Made by a program: the position numbers and the translations under genes | Assembly (NCBI GenBank): GCA_009778485.1 | Contig: WRJQ01000002.1 | Coordinates: 62-64,061 of the forward strand | From: Oscillospiraceae bacterium | GTDB lineage: Bacteria; Bacillota; Clostridia; Oscillospirales; Oscillospiraceae | Length of the DNA stretch: 64,000 bases | Direction: 5' to 3' | The notes under the pieces: model-generated | What the model was told of the DNA's origin: nothing | What the model saw: only the letters and a program-made list of their open reading frames with translations | Database searches by the model: none | Shown: in pieces, positions 8,036 to 17,123 of the stretch | How the letters are laid out: each line of letters starts with the position of its first letter | How positions within the stretch are numbered: position 1 is the first letter of the stretch

Positions 8036-10034
8036 AGGCGCTGTTAACCGCGCTTCGGATCTCCGCCTGATCAAAGCCGTCGCCGATGATGTAGAGCCTC
8101 GTGTTCGGCACGCAGCTTCTGAATGCTTGAGACTCCTTCGTCAGCGATTTCATGCCGACGGCGTAGAGCACAGTATCGGCATCAATCGTCCTCTGCTCAC
8201 CTGACAGCGAGTCTGTCACGGTAACGGCATCATCGCCTATGCAGTCAACCCTGTGGTTGAGCAGGACCTTGACATTGTAATCTTCGAGATCTTTTGTGAG
8301 TTCCAGAGAGCCGCCCATACCCCTTGTCGATAATCCAAACGTGAGCTTGTCAGCTATTTCGATGATAGTTACGTCCTTGCCTTCCATTGCGAAGCGGACG
8401 GCAGCCTGCACGCCGACGCCGCCGCCACCGATCATGACGACCTTGTTACCTACTGAAGTGCCTTCGCCCTCGGCGTCGGGCGCCCAGAAGACGTGAGGTT
8501 TGTCGATACCCGGGATATCCGGCTTAATGGGTAGTGAGCCTATGGCAGCGAGAACCGCATCGTAGCCTTCATTAGACAGCAGCTCCGGTGTTGCTTCGGT
8601 ATTGAGCAGCACCTTGGCTGTTGTCTTCTTTACCTGGGTCTGCAGATACGTGAGGTACCGCTTGATGTCTAGCTTCCTCGGGTCTAGCGAGGCGTAACGA
8701 AGATTCCCGCCTATCTCTGCTTCCTTCTCGTAGAGCGTGACGTCGTGCCCGCGTTCGACCAGCGTCATCATGGCCTGGACGCCGGCCGGCCCGCCGCCGA
8801 TTACCGCTATCTTCTTCTTGACGTCGGCAAGAGGCGCCCTGTTATCCGGAAAGCTCGCCTGCCTGCTGCGGAACGGGTTAACGGAGCAGTCGAAACGGTT
8901 GAAGACTCCGTACTTGTCCGGGAAACGGCAGCCGCACCGGATGCAGGGCCTGTGGTCGTCGCCGCATCCCTCGGCATACTTATTCGGCATATCCGGGTCG
9001 GCCAAAAGCGCGCGCATGAAAGCTACGAAGTCCGCCGTCCCGCTTGATACGATGTCCTCAGCTTGATTGACGTCCATAATCGCACCGACGGTTGTCAGCA
9101 GAACATTCGGGAATACTTTCTTGATCTCGCCGGACCAATGCACGTTATACATGTTCGGGAACGTGTAAGGCAGGTGCATCGGGCTCATGCCCGCCGGGTC
9201 GCCCATGGTATCGTGCAAGCCGCCCGAAACATGGAAAATATCAACCTTATCCTTGACGATATCGATGAACTCCAATGTATCCTTGAAGTGCATATGCCCT
9301 TCTTTATATTCATCTGCGGATATGCGGTATTCAATGACGAAGTCCTCGCCAACGGCTTGCCTTATCGCATCCAGCACCTCAACCGCGAAACGGGCCCGGT
9401 TATGGGCGGATCCGCCGTACTCGTCCTCTCGCCTGTTGTAGAAGGTGCTGAAGAACTGCGGCAGCAGGTTCCCGTGGCCGCCGTGCAGCAGCATGGAGTC
9501 CATGCCTGCCTTTTTCACGCGCAGTGCGGCATTCGCGAACTTCTGGACTGTTTCCTCGATTTTAGCTTTGCTCATCTCGCGAGTCGGTATCGGCTCGCGA
9601 TTGTCGCGCCTTGCCCGCACGCGTTCCGCTGCCGTAATCATCGCTGAAGGAGCAAAACCGTTCTCGCCCGCTTTCGAGTAGCGGATGTTGCCCTGCATGG
9701 CGCCGTCGTGATTGATCTCCATCTGGCCGTGCGCGCCGTACTGCTTGCACATCATGGCAAAGGTCGACATCGGGGCTATGCACTCGTCAAAACGCATATC
9801 GAGCTGGCCGCCCTGGCTCTCATCGTTACTCTCGGTGATGTCGATGGAGACATTGCCGACATTGACGACCGCAGCTCCTCCCTTAGCATAGGGCCTGAAG
9901 CATTCGACGAGGAACGGAGTGACAAATCCGTTGTCGTCCCCCGCGCCCAGGCACCCCGGAGGAGCGAAGCACAGCCTGTTCTTGTAATAGATTCCCCTTA
10001 CTTCAATCGGACTGAAAACGTGCTTGTGATTCAT
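8013..10034 (-). CDS. FMN/[4Fe-4S]/FAD ene-reductase (OYE TIM-barrel fused to pyridine-nucleotide oxidoreductase; 2-enoate/2,4-dienoyl-CoA reductase family)
   Basis: 673 aa with an OYE-like N-terminal half (LLHGGHGNLLPQF, EDEYGGS), Cys cluster CIRCGC...C, and a C-terminal KKIAVIGGGPAGVQAA plus a second GGGGVG fold. Confidence 0.8.
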   Translation of the reverse strand: MNHKHVFSPIEVRGIYYKNRLCFAPPGCLGAGDDNGFVTPFLVECFRPYAKGGAAVVNVGNVSIDITESNDESQGGQLDMRFDECIAPMSTFAMMCKQYGAHGQMEINHDGAMQGNIRYSKAGENGFAPSAMITAAERVRARRDNREPIPTREMSKAKIEETVQKFANAALRVKKAGMDSMLLHGGHGNLLPQFFSTFYNRREDEYGGSAHNRARFAVEVLDAIRQAVGEDFVIEYRISADEYKEGHMHFKDTLEFIDIVKDKVDIFHVSGGLHDTMGDPAGMSPMHLPYTFPNMYNVHWSGEIKKVFPNVLLTTVGAIMDVNQAEDIVSSGTADFVAFMRALLADPDMPNKYAEGCGDDHRPCIRCGCRFPDKYGVFNRFDCSVNPFRSRQASFPDNRAPLADVKKKIAVIGGGPAGVQAMMTLVERGHDVTLYEKEAEIGGNLRYASLDPRKLDIKRYLTYLQTQVKKTTAKVLLNTEATPELLSNEGYDAVLAAIGSLPIKPDIPGIDKPHVFWAPDAEGEGTSVGNKVVMIGGGGVGVQAAVRFAMEGKDVTIIEIADKLTFGLSTRGMGGSLELTKDLEDYNVKVLLNHRVDCIGDDAVTVTDSLSGEQRTIDADTVLYAVGMKSLTKESQAFRSCVPNTRLYIIGDGFDQAEIRSAVNSAFSIAAEL

Positions 10035-10174
10035 AGCAAAACTCTCCTTATGCGTTCAATTGATAAGCTTCATATCAAAGTCCAGTTAAACACCCCGCGA
10101 GCAGTTTTGTCAACAGTTTTCTGTGCAATTGCATTAGCAGAGTGTAGTGGAAATATGAGATTGTCTCTTGTCTC

Positions 10175-10203
10175 TTGTTAAATCTTGTAGTAACCGTTAT
10201 AAT
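10175..10203 (+). promoter_or_regulatory. Candidate promoter of the MFS gene
   Basis: TTGTTA (10175-10180), 17 nt, TATAAT (10198-10203). A minus-strand TTGACA/TTAACT promoter for the reductase lies at about 10066-10115. Confidence 0.5.
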
Positions 10204-10285
10204 CGTACATGTCAAACACGCGCGATGCGGGTGAACAAACGTTATTTTATTAAAGTGTAAAAGCAATGAAGGAAGCTGATAGATC

Positions 10286-11539
10286 TTGCCTAACCCATCT
10301 AAAACATCTGTGTGGAACCGTACGTTCGTGTGTATGTTCCTTGCTCAGACATGCCAGTCTTTTGCTCAGCAGACAGTTAACATCCTGATTGCCCGGTATG
10401 CAACGGATACCCTCGGAGTCAGCGCAATCGTAATGGGTAACATAGTGGGGCTGTACTTCGGGGTTGCGCTGGCGATGCGACCGGTCGCGGGCCCATTGAT
10501 TACGAAACTCAATAAAAGGAATCTGCTAATATTCGTGTACTTCACAGGCGGCATCGTCAACCTCGGATACGCGCTTTTCAATACGACGGAGGCATTCATA
10601 GCATTCAGGGTTATTCAGGGAGTACAGTACTCTTTCATGGGTTCACTTACCATGAACATTGCAGTCGATAGCCTTCCAAAGGATAAAATGACCTCCGGCA
10701 TCGCTATGTATGGTCTGGGTGGCATCCTGATGCAGACTATAGGCCCGAACTTCGGCCTTTGGCTGAGGGATCTCGGATCTTCCATACGCAGCGGTGCGGA
10801 AGGCGTCTTGCTCGGATACAAGATAGCGTTCTTCTTTGCATCCGCAATGCTCGCTGTCGCCGTAATACCTCTGTTTCTGATAAAGTATGACGAGAAAAGA
10901 GCAGAGCTTGTCAATACTGACAAATGGTACAAGACAATCATATCCAAGCATGCAATACCCATGGCTCTCGTAGTTCTCTTTGCCAATGCCGCCAACTCGG
11001 GATACAGGAGTTTTCTCGACCCGTTTGCTAACGAAGTGGGCATTCCGAACATCGGCCTTTTTTCGACCACAACGGCAATCGTCATGCTCTGCACGAGGCC
11101 TATGAGCGGTAGAATCATGGATCGCGTCGGAGTTAAGAAGGTATTGCCCCCCGGTATGGCTATTCTTGCGCTGGCTCTTGTGATTATCTCCAGAAGCACC
11201 ACTCTACCGATGGTACTAGTCGGCGCTGCGCTTTCCGCACTCGGCAGCGGGATTGTGTTGCCGGGACTGCAATCTATGTGCGTCCAGACAGAGACTGCTT
11301 CGAGGCGGGCAGTCGCGACAAACACGCTATATGCCGGCATAGATACAGGCAATTGGATCGGTCCGATTTGGGGCGGCATCGTGGTCAGCTCGACAAACTA
11401 TTCTACTGCAATACTGGCGGGTATCGCTCCGCTCCTCATCGCGCTCGCAATCTTTCTCTTTTTCATCAAAGGGTTTACGAATAGGCTTAAGACAATTGCA
11501 GCACTTGAAAAAGGAAAAGAAAATCAGGAACCTCAATGA
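10286..11539 (+). CDS. MFS transporter
   Basis: 417 aa, about 12 TM segments. TTG start lies about 10 nt after GAAGGAAG. Confidence 0.65.
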   Translation: MPNPSKTSVWNRTFVCMFLAQTCQSFAQQTVNILIARYATDTLGVSAIVMGNIVGLYFGVALAMRPVAGPLITKLNKRNLLIFVYFTGGIVNLGYALFNTTEAFIAFRVIQGVQYSFMGSLTMNIAVDSLPKDKMTSGIAMYGLGGILMQTIGPNFGLWLRDLGSSIRSGAEGVLLGYKIAFFFASAMLAVAVIPLFLIKYDEKRAELVNTDKWYKTIISKHAIPMALVVLFANAANSGYRSFLDPFANEVGIPNIGLFSTTTAIVMLCTRPMSGRIMDRVGVKKVLPPGMAILALALVIISRSTTLPMVLVGAALSALGSGIVLPGLQSMCVQTETASRRAVATNTLYAGIDTGNWIGPIWGGIVVSSTNYSTAILAGIAPLLIALAIFLFFIKGFTNRLKTIAALEKGKENQEPQ

Positions 11540-11564
11540 CATGCTGGGCCTAACTGCCGCTTGA

Positions 11565-11585
11565 CTGCCGCCGTTATGGCGGCAG
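11565..11585 (+). terminator. Hairpin after the MFS gene
   Basis: CTGCCGCC-gttat-GGCGGCAG followed by cgtcttt. Confidence 0.4.
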
Positions 11586-11731
11586 CGTCTTTGCGCAATG
11601 TAAAGAAGCCGTAGAAAGCACAGCAACGCGAACGCCTTCTGAAAACCGTTGGCCTAAACCGCTGCCGTTATCAGGGCACTTCTCTCTTCCAGGGCTACCA
11701 CTCCGTACTATGCGGTGCAACCTTGCAGTAG

Positions 11732-12712
11732 CTACCTAATATCCAGCTTGAACAGGTCGATTGCGTTCTGGCGGCCGATCTTGCGCTTGTCCGACTCGCT
11801 GATTGGGCAAGCGTCGAACCAGTTGCTCGCGTCGCTGATCTCTTCGAATGGATAGTCCGTTGAGAACAGGATGCGGTCGGCGCCCATCTGCAGCATCGTG
11901 CATATTAGCGGAGGGGTGTGGAACTGGCCGCTGGTCGTTACCCAGACGTTCTTATTCATGTAATATGCCATCAAATGCTTTGCAGGCATACCGCGCTTGC
12001 GCTTGCTCAGCATATTGTCGCAGCGCCAGACGAGAAACGGCAAACCCTCCCCGAGATGCCCGATGAGCAGTTTCAGCCGGGGATACCTGTCGAAAATCCC
12101 GCTCGACATCATTCGCAGGGCGTGAGTCGAGGTGTCAACCCCGAATGCCCAGGCAGCTCCGTGCAGCCAGTAATGGTTCTCGAGCATCTTGACATTGCCG
12201 GGCATCGGTTCCCTTGGGTGCAGGTAGAATGGCACGTCGAGCTTCTGGAGCTCGGACCAGAATGGATCGTACCTGCGGTCGTCCAGGTAGACATCGTTAT
12301 CGGGCGAGTCGATCTGGGAGAAGCCGTTTACAAGGACGCCAAGCATCCCCAGTTCCGTGACGGCGCGGCGCAGCTCCAGGATAGCAGCCTCAGGGTCCTG
12401 CATAGGCAGCGCGGCGAAGCCCCGGAAACGTGTGCGCCTCTTCTCGACTGTTTCGGCAAGCCGGTCATTCGCTATTCGGGCTGTCTCAATAGCGTCCGGG
12501 ACTTTGTAGATCTCCTGGATAGCCGGCGAGTTGAGGGACAGTATTGTGAGTTCGATCCCGTTTTCGTCCATCTCCATGAGCCGGTAGTCCATCATATCCA
12601 GGAGGCGCTCCGGGATGCCAAGCACGCTTGGCGAGTCCCTGCCGTAGAGTAACGCGCCTTCCATGGTTTCCGGTATGGCGAAATGTTCCTCCAGCGCGAC
12701 TTTCCGTAACAC
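11732..12712 (-). CDS. Amidohydrolase_2-fold non-oxidative decarboxylase-like protein (LigW / gamma-resorcylate decarboxylase family)
   Basis: 326 aa. N-terminal KVALEEHFAIPE is the signature start of this family. HPREP and DYPFE motifs are present. Confidence 0.65.
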   Translation of the reverse strand: MLRKVALEEHFAIPETMEGALLYGRDSPSVLGIPERLLDMMDYRLMEMDENGIELTILSLNSPAIQEIYKVPDAIETARIANDRLAETVEKRRTRFRGFAALPMQDPEAAILELRRAVTELGMLGVLVNGFSQIDSPDNDVYLDDRRYDPFWSELQKLDVPFYLHPREPMPGNVKMLENHYWLHGAAWAFGVDTSTHALRMMSSGIFDRYPRLKLLIGHLGEGLPFLVWRCDNMLSKRKRGMPAKHLMAYYMNKNVWVTTSGQFHTPPLICTMLQMGADRILFSTDYPFEEISDASNWFDACPISESDKRKIGRQNAIDLFKLDIR

Positions 12713-12793
12713 TGCTCATTACCTTCCTCTCATATTATATTGACATATCCGTTTGAAATGTGTAAATTAACTAGTGAAACCGGCGACTGAAAG

Positions 12794-13522
12794 GTGGACC
12801 TCATATTGAAGAAGCGTATCGAAGACTATCTTGTGAAGCTCAGCGACTCCGACAGGAAGACGCTGGCGTCATACAGCGACCTTTGCGACGGCCTCAACGC
12901 CTGCCTCGGCAATGCGTATGAGATTGTTGTGCACAGCCTTGGGAAAGGAGACCGTTTCATACTCCGAATCGTCAATGGAGAGTACTCCGGCCGTTCGGTG
13001 GACGATGAGCACGACCAGTTGTCCGTCCAGGCGGTGGAGCAGCTCGATGCGCTGCGCAAGCAAGGGGATAAGCCGGTTCTGGTCAACTTCAGCCTTGGCG
13101 ACGGAGGCGATGTAATCAAGTCGGCCTCAATAGGGATACTTGGCGACGGCGCAAAGCTGATTGGTATGATATGCCTGAACTTTCATATGAACGCCCCGTT
13201 TTCCTCAATTATCGAGACATTCTCGCCGCCGGGGTTCTTATCGGCCATTAACTCCGTGAACCATTCAAACGATGAGCGCAACTATGATTCAACAATCTAC
13301 GAAACCGTCCGCAACGCCCAGACTTCCGTGATGAACGACCCGGACATCCCTTCAAAGTTCAAGAGGAAGGAAATCATCCGGCTTCTGAGCGACATGGGCG
13401 TTTTCAACGTGAAGAAAGGCGTGTCTATATGCGCCGAAGTGCTTGGGGTAACGATTACGACGATATATATGCATATCCGGAACCTGGATACTGTCAACGG
13501 GAAGCCTTCTCAAGATGAGTAG
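12794..13522 (+). CDS. YheO-type transcriptional regulator (PAS-like sensor plus C-terminal HTH)
   Basis: NAYEIVVHSLGKGDRFILRIVNGEYSGRSV matches the YheO-domain core. C-terminal HTH is ICAEVLGVTITTIYMHIRN. The start may instead be TTG 12806. Confidence 0.6.
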   Translation: MDLILKKRIEDYLVKLSDSDRKTLASYSDLCDGLNACLGNAYEIVVHSLGKGDRFILRIVNGEYSGRSVDDEHDQLSVQAVEQLDALRKQGDKPVLVNFSLGDGGDVIKSASIGILGDGAKLIGMICLNFHMNAPFSSIIETFSPPGFLSAINSVNHSNDERNYDSTIYETVRNAQTSVMNDPDIPSKFKRKEIIRLLSDMGVFNVKKGVSICAEVLGVTITTIYMHIRNLDTVNGKPSQDE

Positions 13523-13805
13523 CATGCCTGCAATCTCGCGATAATGCAATAAATTTTATTATCAACCCTTAGCGGACATGCCTCTTAGTGTGCCTTGAGT
13601 ATAGCTGCAAATATGCGTATTTGTCAATGTTTTTTGTAGAATTTTTAATATTTGTACAATATCAATAGTAGAAATTGTTTAATATTTACTATAATAATAT
13701 GCACTAGGTCATAGACGCAGCTAGCACACCGGAGGCAGCAACGAACAAAATATTCCATTTTCCCGCTGTGTTATGACCGCTGCAAGAAAGTTAGGAGATT
13801 TATTT

Positions 13806-14663
13806 ATGAACAAGAGAGAACTACTCGTGACCATGGCAAATTTCCTTGAAGCGCTTGTACACGACGACCCTGCGAAGGTGCGCATGGCTGAAGCCTGCAA
13901 ATCTACGTATCAGGGGGCACAGGCCCCGCTGGGCTCAGGCGAGATCTGGGGCTTGCCTCGCAGGATCCCCTACAGGCAATCGTTCGCCGACGATGTGACG
14001 AACACAGTCTGCTTCAGCGGAGTCGTGACGAACAACATCAGCGCGCGCTACTTCGACGGAGTGCTGCCAAACGGCAACCATGGCCCGCAGAAATGGTGGA
14101 TATACTTCGCCCGCCTGACTGTCAACGACAATGGCGAAGTCTGCGAGATCGAAGAGATCGCGCGCAAAGAGACCGGAGCCGGCATGGGCGTCCGCCCCGT
14201 CGACATGACGCCGCCGCGCGTGCTGGAAGCGGCTTTGCCCGAGGACGCGCGCTCGCCGCGCAAGGAGATGATAAAAGTCGCCGCGCAGTACTGGGACGGC
14301 GTGAACAAGCTCATCGACCCGGACATTGTGCCGATGCACCCCGACGCGAGGCTCTATGAAGTCGGGACGCCTGTGACTGACGAGATGCACAGCCCGAACA
14401 GCATGAAGACGAACTACATCACTCCGAGGTTTAAGTGGGACTGCATCAAGCGCAGGTACCCTGTCGTGGACGAAGCAACCGGGATCGTCGTTTCGACGAA
14501 CCACATGATCGCGCAGGAACCGTCCTCGCCGACAGGTTATGTAACGGACATCTTCAAGATCGAGTACGGGCTCATAAAGTACATCTATGCTTTCCACGAC
14601 CATGACATCACTTTCGTAGACTGGGAAGGCGAGGGCCCGCAAACCTCCGCCGAGTGCGATTAG
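13806..14663 (+). CDS. Hypothetical protein (286 aa), no recognised motif
   Basis: ATG 13806 lies 8 nt after AGGAG (13793-13797). It follows a 250-nt AT-rich region and has coding-like composition throughout. Confidence 0.6.
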   Translation: MNKRELLVTMANFLEALVHDDPAKVRMAEACKSTYQGAQAPLGSGEIWGLPRRIPYRQSFADDVTNTVCFSGVVTNNISARYFDGVLPNGNHGPQKWWIYFARLTVNDNGEVCEIEEIARKETGAGMGVRPVDMTPPRVLEAALPEDARSPRKEMIKVAAQYWDGVNKLIDPDIVPMHPDARLYEVGTPVTDEMHSPNSMKTNYITPRFKWDCIKRRYPVVDEATGIVVSTNHMIAQEPSSPTGYVTDIFKIEYGLIKYIYAFHDHDITFVDWEGEGPQTSAECD

Positions 14664-14676
14664 GCAGTGAGCTGTA

Positions 14677-14697
14677 AGTAGTGAATAGTGAGTAGTG
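14677..14697 (+). repeat. Heptamer tandem repeat AGTAGTG-AATAGTG-AGTAGTG inside a GTGAGC/GCTCAC hairpin
   Basis: Read directly. The stem arms are at 14667-14672 and 14699-14704. Confidence 0.8.
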
Positions 14698-14770
14698 TGC
14701 TCACGAAGGTGAGGGTGCTCAAAGTGCTGTCATTACTCATCATTGGCGAGATGAAGTTAGGTGGGTTAAG

Positions 14771-14992
14771 GTGACTTGTAGCAATGAGCAGCTCAGATTC
14801 AGCGTCTATATAATCAACCAGATTTCGCAGTTCGCCAAGAAGCCGACTGCGCTTGTGTATCGATATCTTGCTGAGTCGGGCGTTCTGGATGAGTATATTA
14901 TCGGTTGCTATGACTCTCTCCATACATTGGGTCGGCATTACCTAGTAGAAGACATTACTGGGCTGTTACACGATAGGGGAGTGATAATATGA
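14771..14992 (+). CDS. DUF3791-family small protein
   Basis: 73 aa with a GTG start. Sequence style (YIINQISQFAKK...VYRYL..SGVLDEYI) and its position next to a DUF3990 remnant fit the family. Confidence 0.55.
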   Translation: MTCSNEQLRFSVYIINQISQFAKKPTALVYRYLAESGVLDEYIIGCYDSLHTLGRHYLVEDITGLLHDRGVII

Positions 14993-15128
14993 TAGTTTAT
15001 CACGGCTCTACGCTCGTAGTAGGGAGACCAACTGCGAGCTATTCAAAACGAGTCATCAGATATGCCTTATTAATCAGGAACTTATTGATTCTGAGCTGAG
15101 ATTCAACCATTCGTATGGAGTGAAGTGA
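14989..15128 (+). pseudogene. DUF3990 remnant with internal deletion and frameshift
   Basis: It starts MIVYHGS (family-typical N-terminus) and stops after 35 codons. A second frame ends QICLINQELIDSELRFNHSYGVK* immediately before the next gene. Total length is about 140 nt versus about 480 nt expected. Confidence 0.4.
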
Positions 15129-15129
15129 C

Positions 15130-15375
15130 ATGGCTGCTGATAAGAAAGAGTTGCGTGATATTTTCATTGTATTCTTGGAAGAAGAGATCATTAAGGAAAT
15201 CGCAAGGATAAAAAGCATAGATAACCGCGCCGCCATGGAAGTGTATTACATGAGCAGGTTGTGTCAACAGATTGGCAGCGGCGAGTATGGCATCGAGTAC
15301 ATGGATTACAAGTATCTTGCAAATGATCTGATCGAGAATGAACCAGAGCTATTTGAAAGCCCCGGGGGCACATGA
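15130..15375 (+). CDS. DUF3791-family small protein (second copy)
   Basis: 81 aa. The last codons and the stop are supplied by the repeat element at 15358. Confidence 0.55.
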   Translation: MAADKKELRDIFIVFLEEEIIKEIARIKSIDNRAAMEVYYMSRLCQQIGSGEYGIEYMDYKYLANDLIENEPELFESPGGT

Positions 15376-15408
15376 CTTATGTGAACTCCCGAGGCTGCGC
15401 GTTGCTGG
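15358..15408. repeat. About 50-bp hairpin repeat, copy 1
   Basis: AGCCCCGGGGGCACATGACTTATGTGAACTCCCGAGGCT. 38/39 identical to 16025-16063, with similarity continuing about 12 nt further. Confidence 0.85.
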
Positions 15409-15519
15409 TACTATCGGATATACCGACAGAGTAAGGACATCTGCACGGTGATTTCACGAACTTATTGGGTGACACGAGCGGTTAAGCTACCTTTGCCGGG
15501 CGAACCTTCATAATGTGCT

Positions 15520-15945
15520 TTAATCAAGTACCGGGCCCTGCCCCACAACAAAAGTGCCCTCATAGTACCGTTTACGGATGCTCGCCGACTCTTCAGCCCA
15601 TGCATCGATACCATTCAGCTTCATTCTGCATAGGTTGTATACTTTCATGTTATGGGGATAGTTTGCTCCCTTAGCGGACGGAGCCAGCAAGCCGCACGGG
15701 AACTCAGCGCATTCAAAGCAATATGCGACGCCCTTTCTTTTCGCACACTCCCATGTGGCGCAATCGGATTCTGCGTAGCGGCATTTACCGTCTTCGGCGC
15801 GGCAGCCTTTGCAGGCGACCTCGTCAAGTGGAATTTTCCGATAATCCGCCATTTTTGCTTTGCTCTCATCTGTTAGGTTTTCCTCAAACACATTGCAGTT
15901 GAAACAGTCCAGCCCGCACGGTGCAGTCAGGTATTCTCTGTCCAT
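15520..15945 (-). CDS. Cys-rich DUF3795-like protein
   Basis: 141 aa with CGLDCFNC, CKGCR, C..WEC and CFECAEFPC motifs. Confidence 0.6.
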   Translation of the reverse strand: MDREYLTAPCGLDCFNCNVFEENLTDESKAKMADYRKIPLDEVACKGCRAEDGKCRYAESDCATWECAKRKGVAYCFECAEFPCGLLAPSAKGANYPHNMKVYNLCRMKLNGIDAWAEESASIRKRYYEGTFVVGQGPVLD

Positions 15946-16024
15946 TATTGAGCCTCCTTTAATATGGGTAGGATCTGTAAAGTGATTCTAGCATACTGGA
16001 TGAAATCTCGTCAAGAGAGACAAG

Positions 16025-16075
16025 AGCCCCGGGGGCACATGACTTATGTGAACTCCCGGGGCTTAGCTTTGCTGC
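16025..16075. repeat. About 50-bp hairpin repeat, copy 2
   Basis: AGCCCCGGG/CCCGGGGCT 9-bp stem with an inner CACAT/ATGTG stem. It lies between the DUF3795 start and the URO-D gene stop. Confidence 0.85.
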
Positions 16076-16081
16076 CTTTGT

Positions 16082-17080
16082 TTAGTAGTACTTAAACTTG
16101 TTCTTCTCGTACTCGTCGGTGATCCAGCCGTTGCGCTCGATGACCATGGGGTTGTCCGGCGCGCCAAGCACGCCGCCGCCGAAGGCGAACCCGCCGCCGG
16201 GCGCCAGCTCGTCCATCGTCTTGCGCACCTCTGCGCGAATCTCTTCTTCCGTCGTATTCTCCCAGGACACCATGCCGTTGTTCTCGAAACCGCCGCAGAT
16301 CACCAGCTTCCTGCCATACTCTTTCTTGATGGCGGGCAGGTCGTTGAACTTGGGTTGCGCGGGATTCCAGGCGTCGAAGCCCATATCGACGATGTACTTG
16401 ACGAAGGGGTAGAACGCTCCGCAGTTGTGGTGCTCTGCGGGCAGGCCGGCTTCTTTGTACAGCGCGACGTTGGCGCGCCACATCGGCTCAAAGAGATCGA
16501 GGAAAACAGCTTCCGAGACAAACGGCGCGCGCTCATGCGCGATGTCGTCGCCCATGACGTACATATCCGGCTTGTACCAGTAGAGGTACTCTTTACCGAG
16601 CTCAAGGTTCAGCTCCAGAATGAAGTTCAGCAGCTCCTTGACTTCCTCCGGTTCTTCGAGGCACGCAATTAGTGTGTTCGTGAAGCCCATCATGTACGTC
16701 AGCATCATGAAGTAACCGTTGCCAACGCTGCCGCCGCCGATTTTAAGCAGCTCCGGGTCGCGGCCGTCCAAGTCCTTCTTAGCCATTTTCTCCCAGTCGA
16801 TCTCGTCCATGATCTTTGGCCTCTTGATGACGTCGCGCCATTTTGTTATGTCGTCCAGCAGGAACTTGTCTGACTTGGGGATGGGGCCGCTGTTTGGCTC
16901 GACGATCATGGGGATGCCAAAGAAGAGGTCGTTGAACTCCGTGACGCCGGGTTCAGGCATGCGGGCGAAGCCGGATGGGCGGCAGCCGCAGGCCATCCAT
17001 AGCGACCTCGGGACATACTCCGGGATCTCGCCGTTCATTACGCGCAGATAGTTTTCTTTTTCCGTGAGATGTGTGGACAT
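16082..17080 (-). CDS. Uroporphyrinogen-decarboxylase-fold (MtaA/CmuA-like) methyltransferase
   Basis: 332 aa with N-terminal EKENYLRVMNGEIPEYVPR. A Zn-type HHNCG motif and VICGG are present. C-terminal APGGGFAFGGG. Confidence 0.75.
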   Translation of the reverse strand: MSTHLTEKENYLRVMNGEIPEYVPRSLWMACGCRPSGFARMPEPGVTEFNDLFFGIPMIVEPNSGPIPKSDKFLLDDITKWRDVIKRPKIMDEIDWEKMAKKDLDGRDPELLKIGGGSVGNGYFMMLTYMMGFTNTLIACLEEPEEVKELLNFILELNLELGKEYLYWYKPDMYVMGDDIAHERAPFVSEAVFLDLFEPMWRANVALYKEAGLPAEHHNCGAFYPFVKYIVDMGFDAWNPAQPKFNDLPAIKKEYGRKLVICGGFENNGMVSWENTTEEEIRAEVRKTMDELAPGGGFAFGGGVLGAPDNPMVIERNGWITDEYEKNKFKYY

Positions 17081-17123
17081 TGACTACTCCTCCTGTATTC
17101 GTTTGTTGATTTTTCATAAATCT

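Noticed and set aside
11547-11668. Two similar GGCCTAA(A)C(C)GCTGCCG segments in the convergent intergenic region.
   Set aside because: This is a short, degenerate duplication of the terminator arm. The similarity is too weak and short to argue for a functional repeat.
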